Made by a program: the position numbers and the translations under genes. A stretch of DNA of 63,503 bases, the filler included, from Octopus bimaculoides (Eukaryota), in NCBI RefSeq assembly GCF_001194135.2. It is 4 parts of 4 records of this genome, joined end to end, with 100 filler letters (N's around TTAATTAATTAA, not from the genome) between each part and the next. Parts side by side here need not be neighbours in the genome. Positions count along the whole stretch, not along the records: positions 62,411 to 63,503 come from NW_026339183.1; 3 more parts are not named here. One strand, given 5' to 3'. Under the pieces are notes generated by a model that worked only from the letters and a program-made list of their open reading frames with translations, made no database searches and had not been told where the DNA came from. Positions 63,394 through 63,503 of the stretch are shown here, piece after piece. Position 1 is the first letter of the stretch, and each line of letters starts with the position of its first letter.

Positions 63394-63503
63394 GATTCGA
63401 TTTTTGAGAGCTAGGGACGTGCGCCCGTAGCTTTGGGCTCAACGCGCGTTCGTTCGATTTTTGAGAGCTAGGCACGTCCGTCTGTAGCTTTTGGCGCATC
63501 GTA
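63394..63503. repeat. About 58-bp tandem repeat running off the window end
   Basis: TTCGATTTTTGAGAGCTAGG.ACGT.CG.C.GTAGCTTT occurs twice. Confidence 0.7.

Overview
AT-rich, microsatellite- and retroelement-rich animal genomic DNA. The SINE families look like octopus (cephalopod) repeats; this is inferred from recalled consensus sequences, not from a database search. Three identical 100-nt spacers (44N+TTAATTAATTAA+44N) split the window into four pieces whose true adjacency is unverified: 1-31296, 31397-53419, 53520-62310 and 62411-63503. Piece 1 is intron-like or intergenic, with SINEs, an RTE remnant, MITEs, hairpins and one candidate 84-nt exon. Piece 2 holds the only clear host coding sequence, a minus-strand extracellular leucine-rich-repeat (LRR) locus. 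It has one signal-peptide + LRRNT exon (43376-43583) and five 72-nt, phase-2/phase-2 exons that each encode one 24-aa LRR. Four LRR exons lie upstream of the signal-peptide exon, the exons were copied together with their intron flanks, and one sits in an arm of an inverted duplication. The long intron after the signal-peptide exon holds degenerate Helitron, Penelope-like, Gypsy and L1/Tx1 elements. Pieces 3 and 4 contain Tx1 3' ends, CRE-like fragments, SINEs and short tandem repeats. Most ORFs in the supplied track are spurious (microsatellite, gap or SINE translations).
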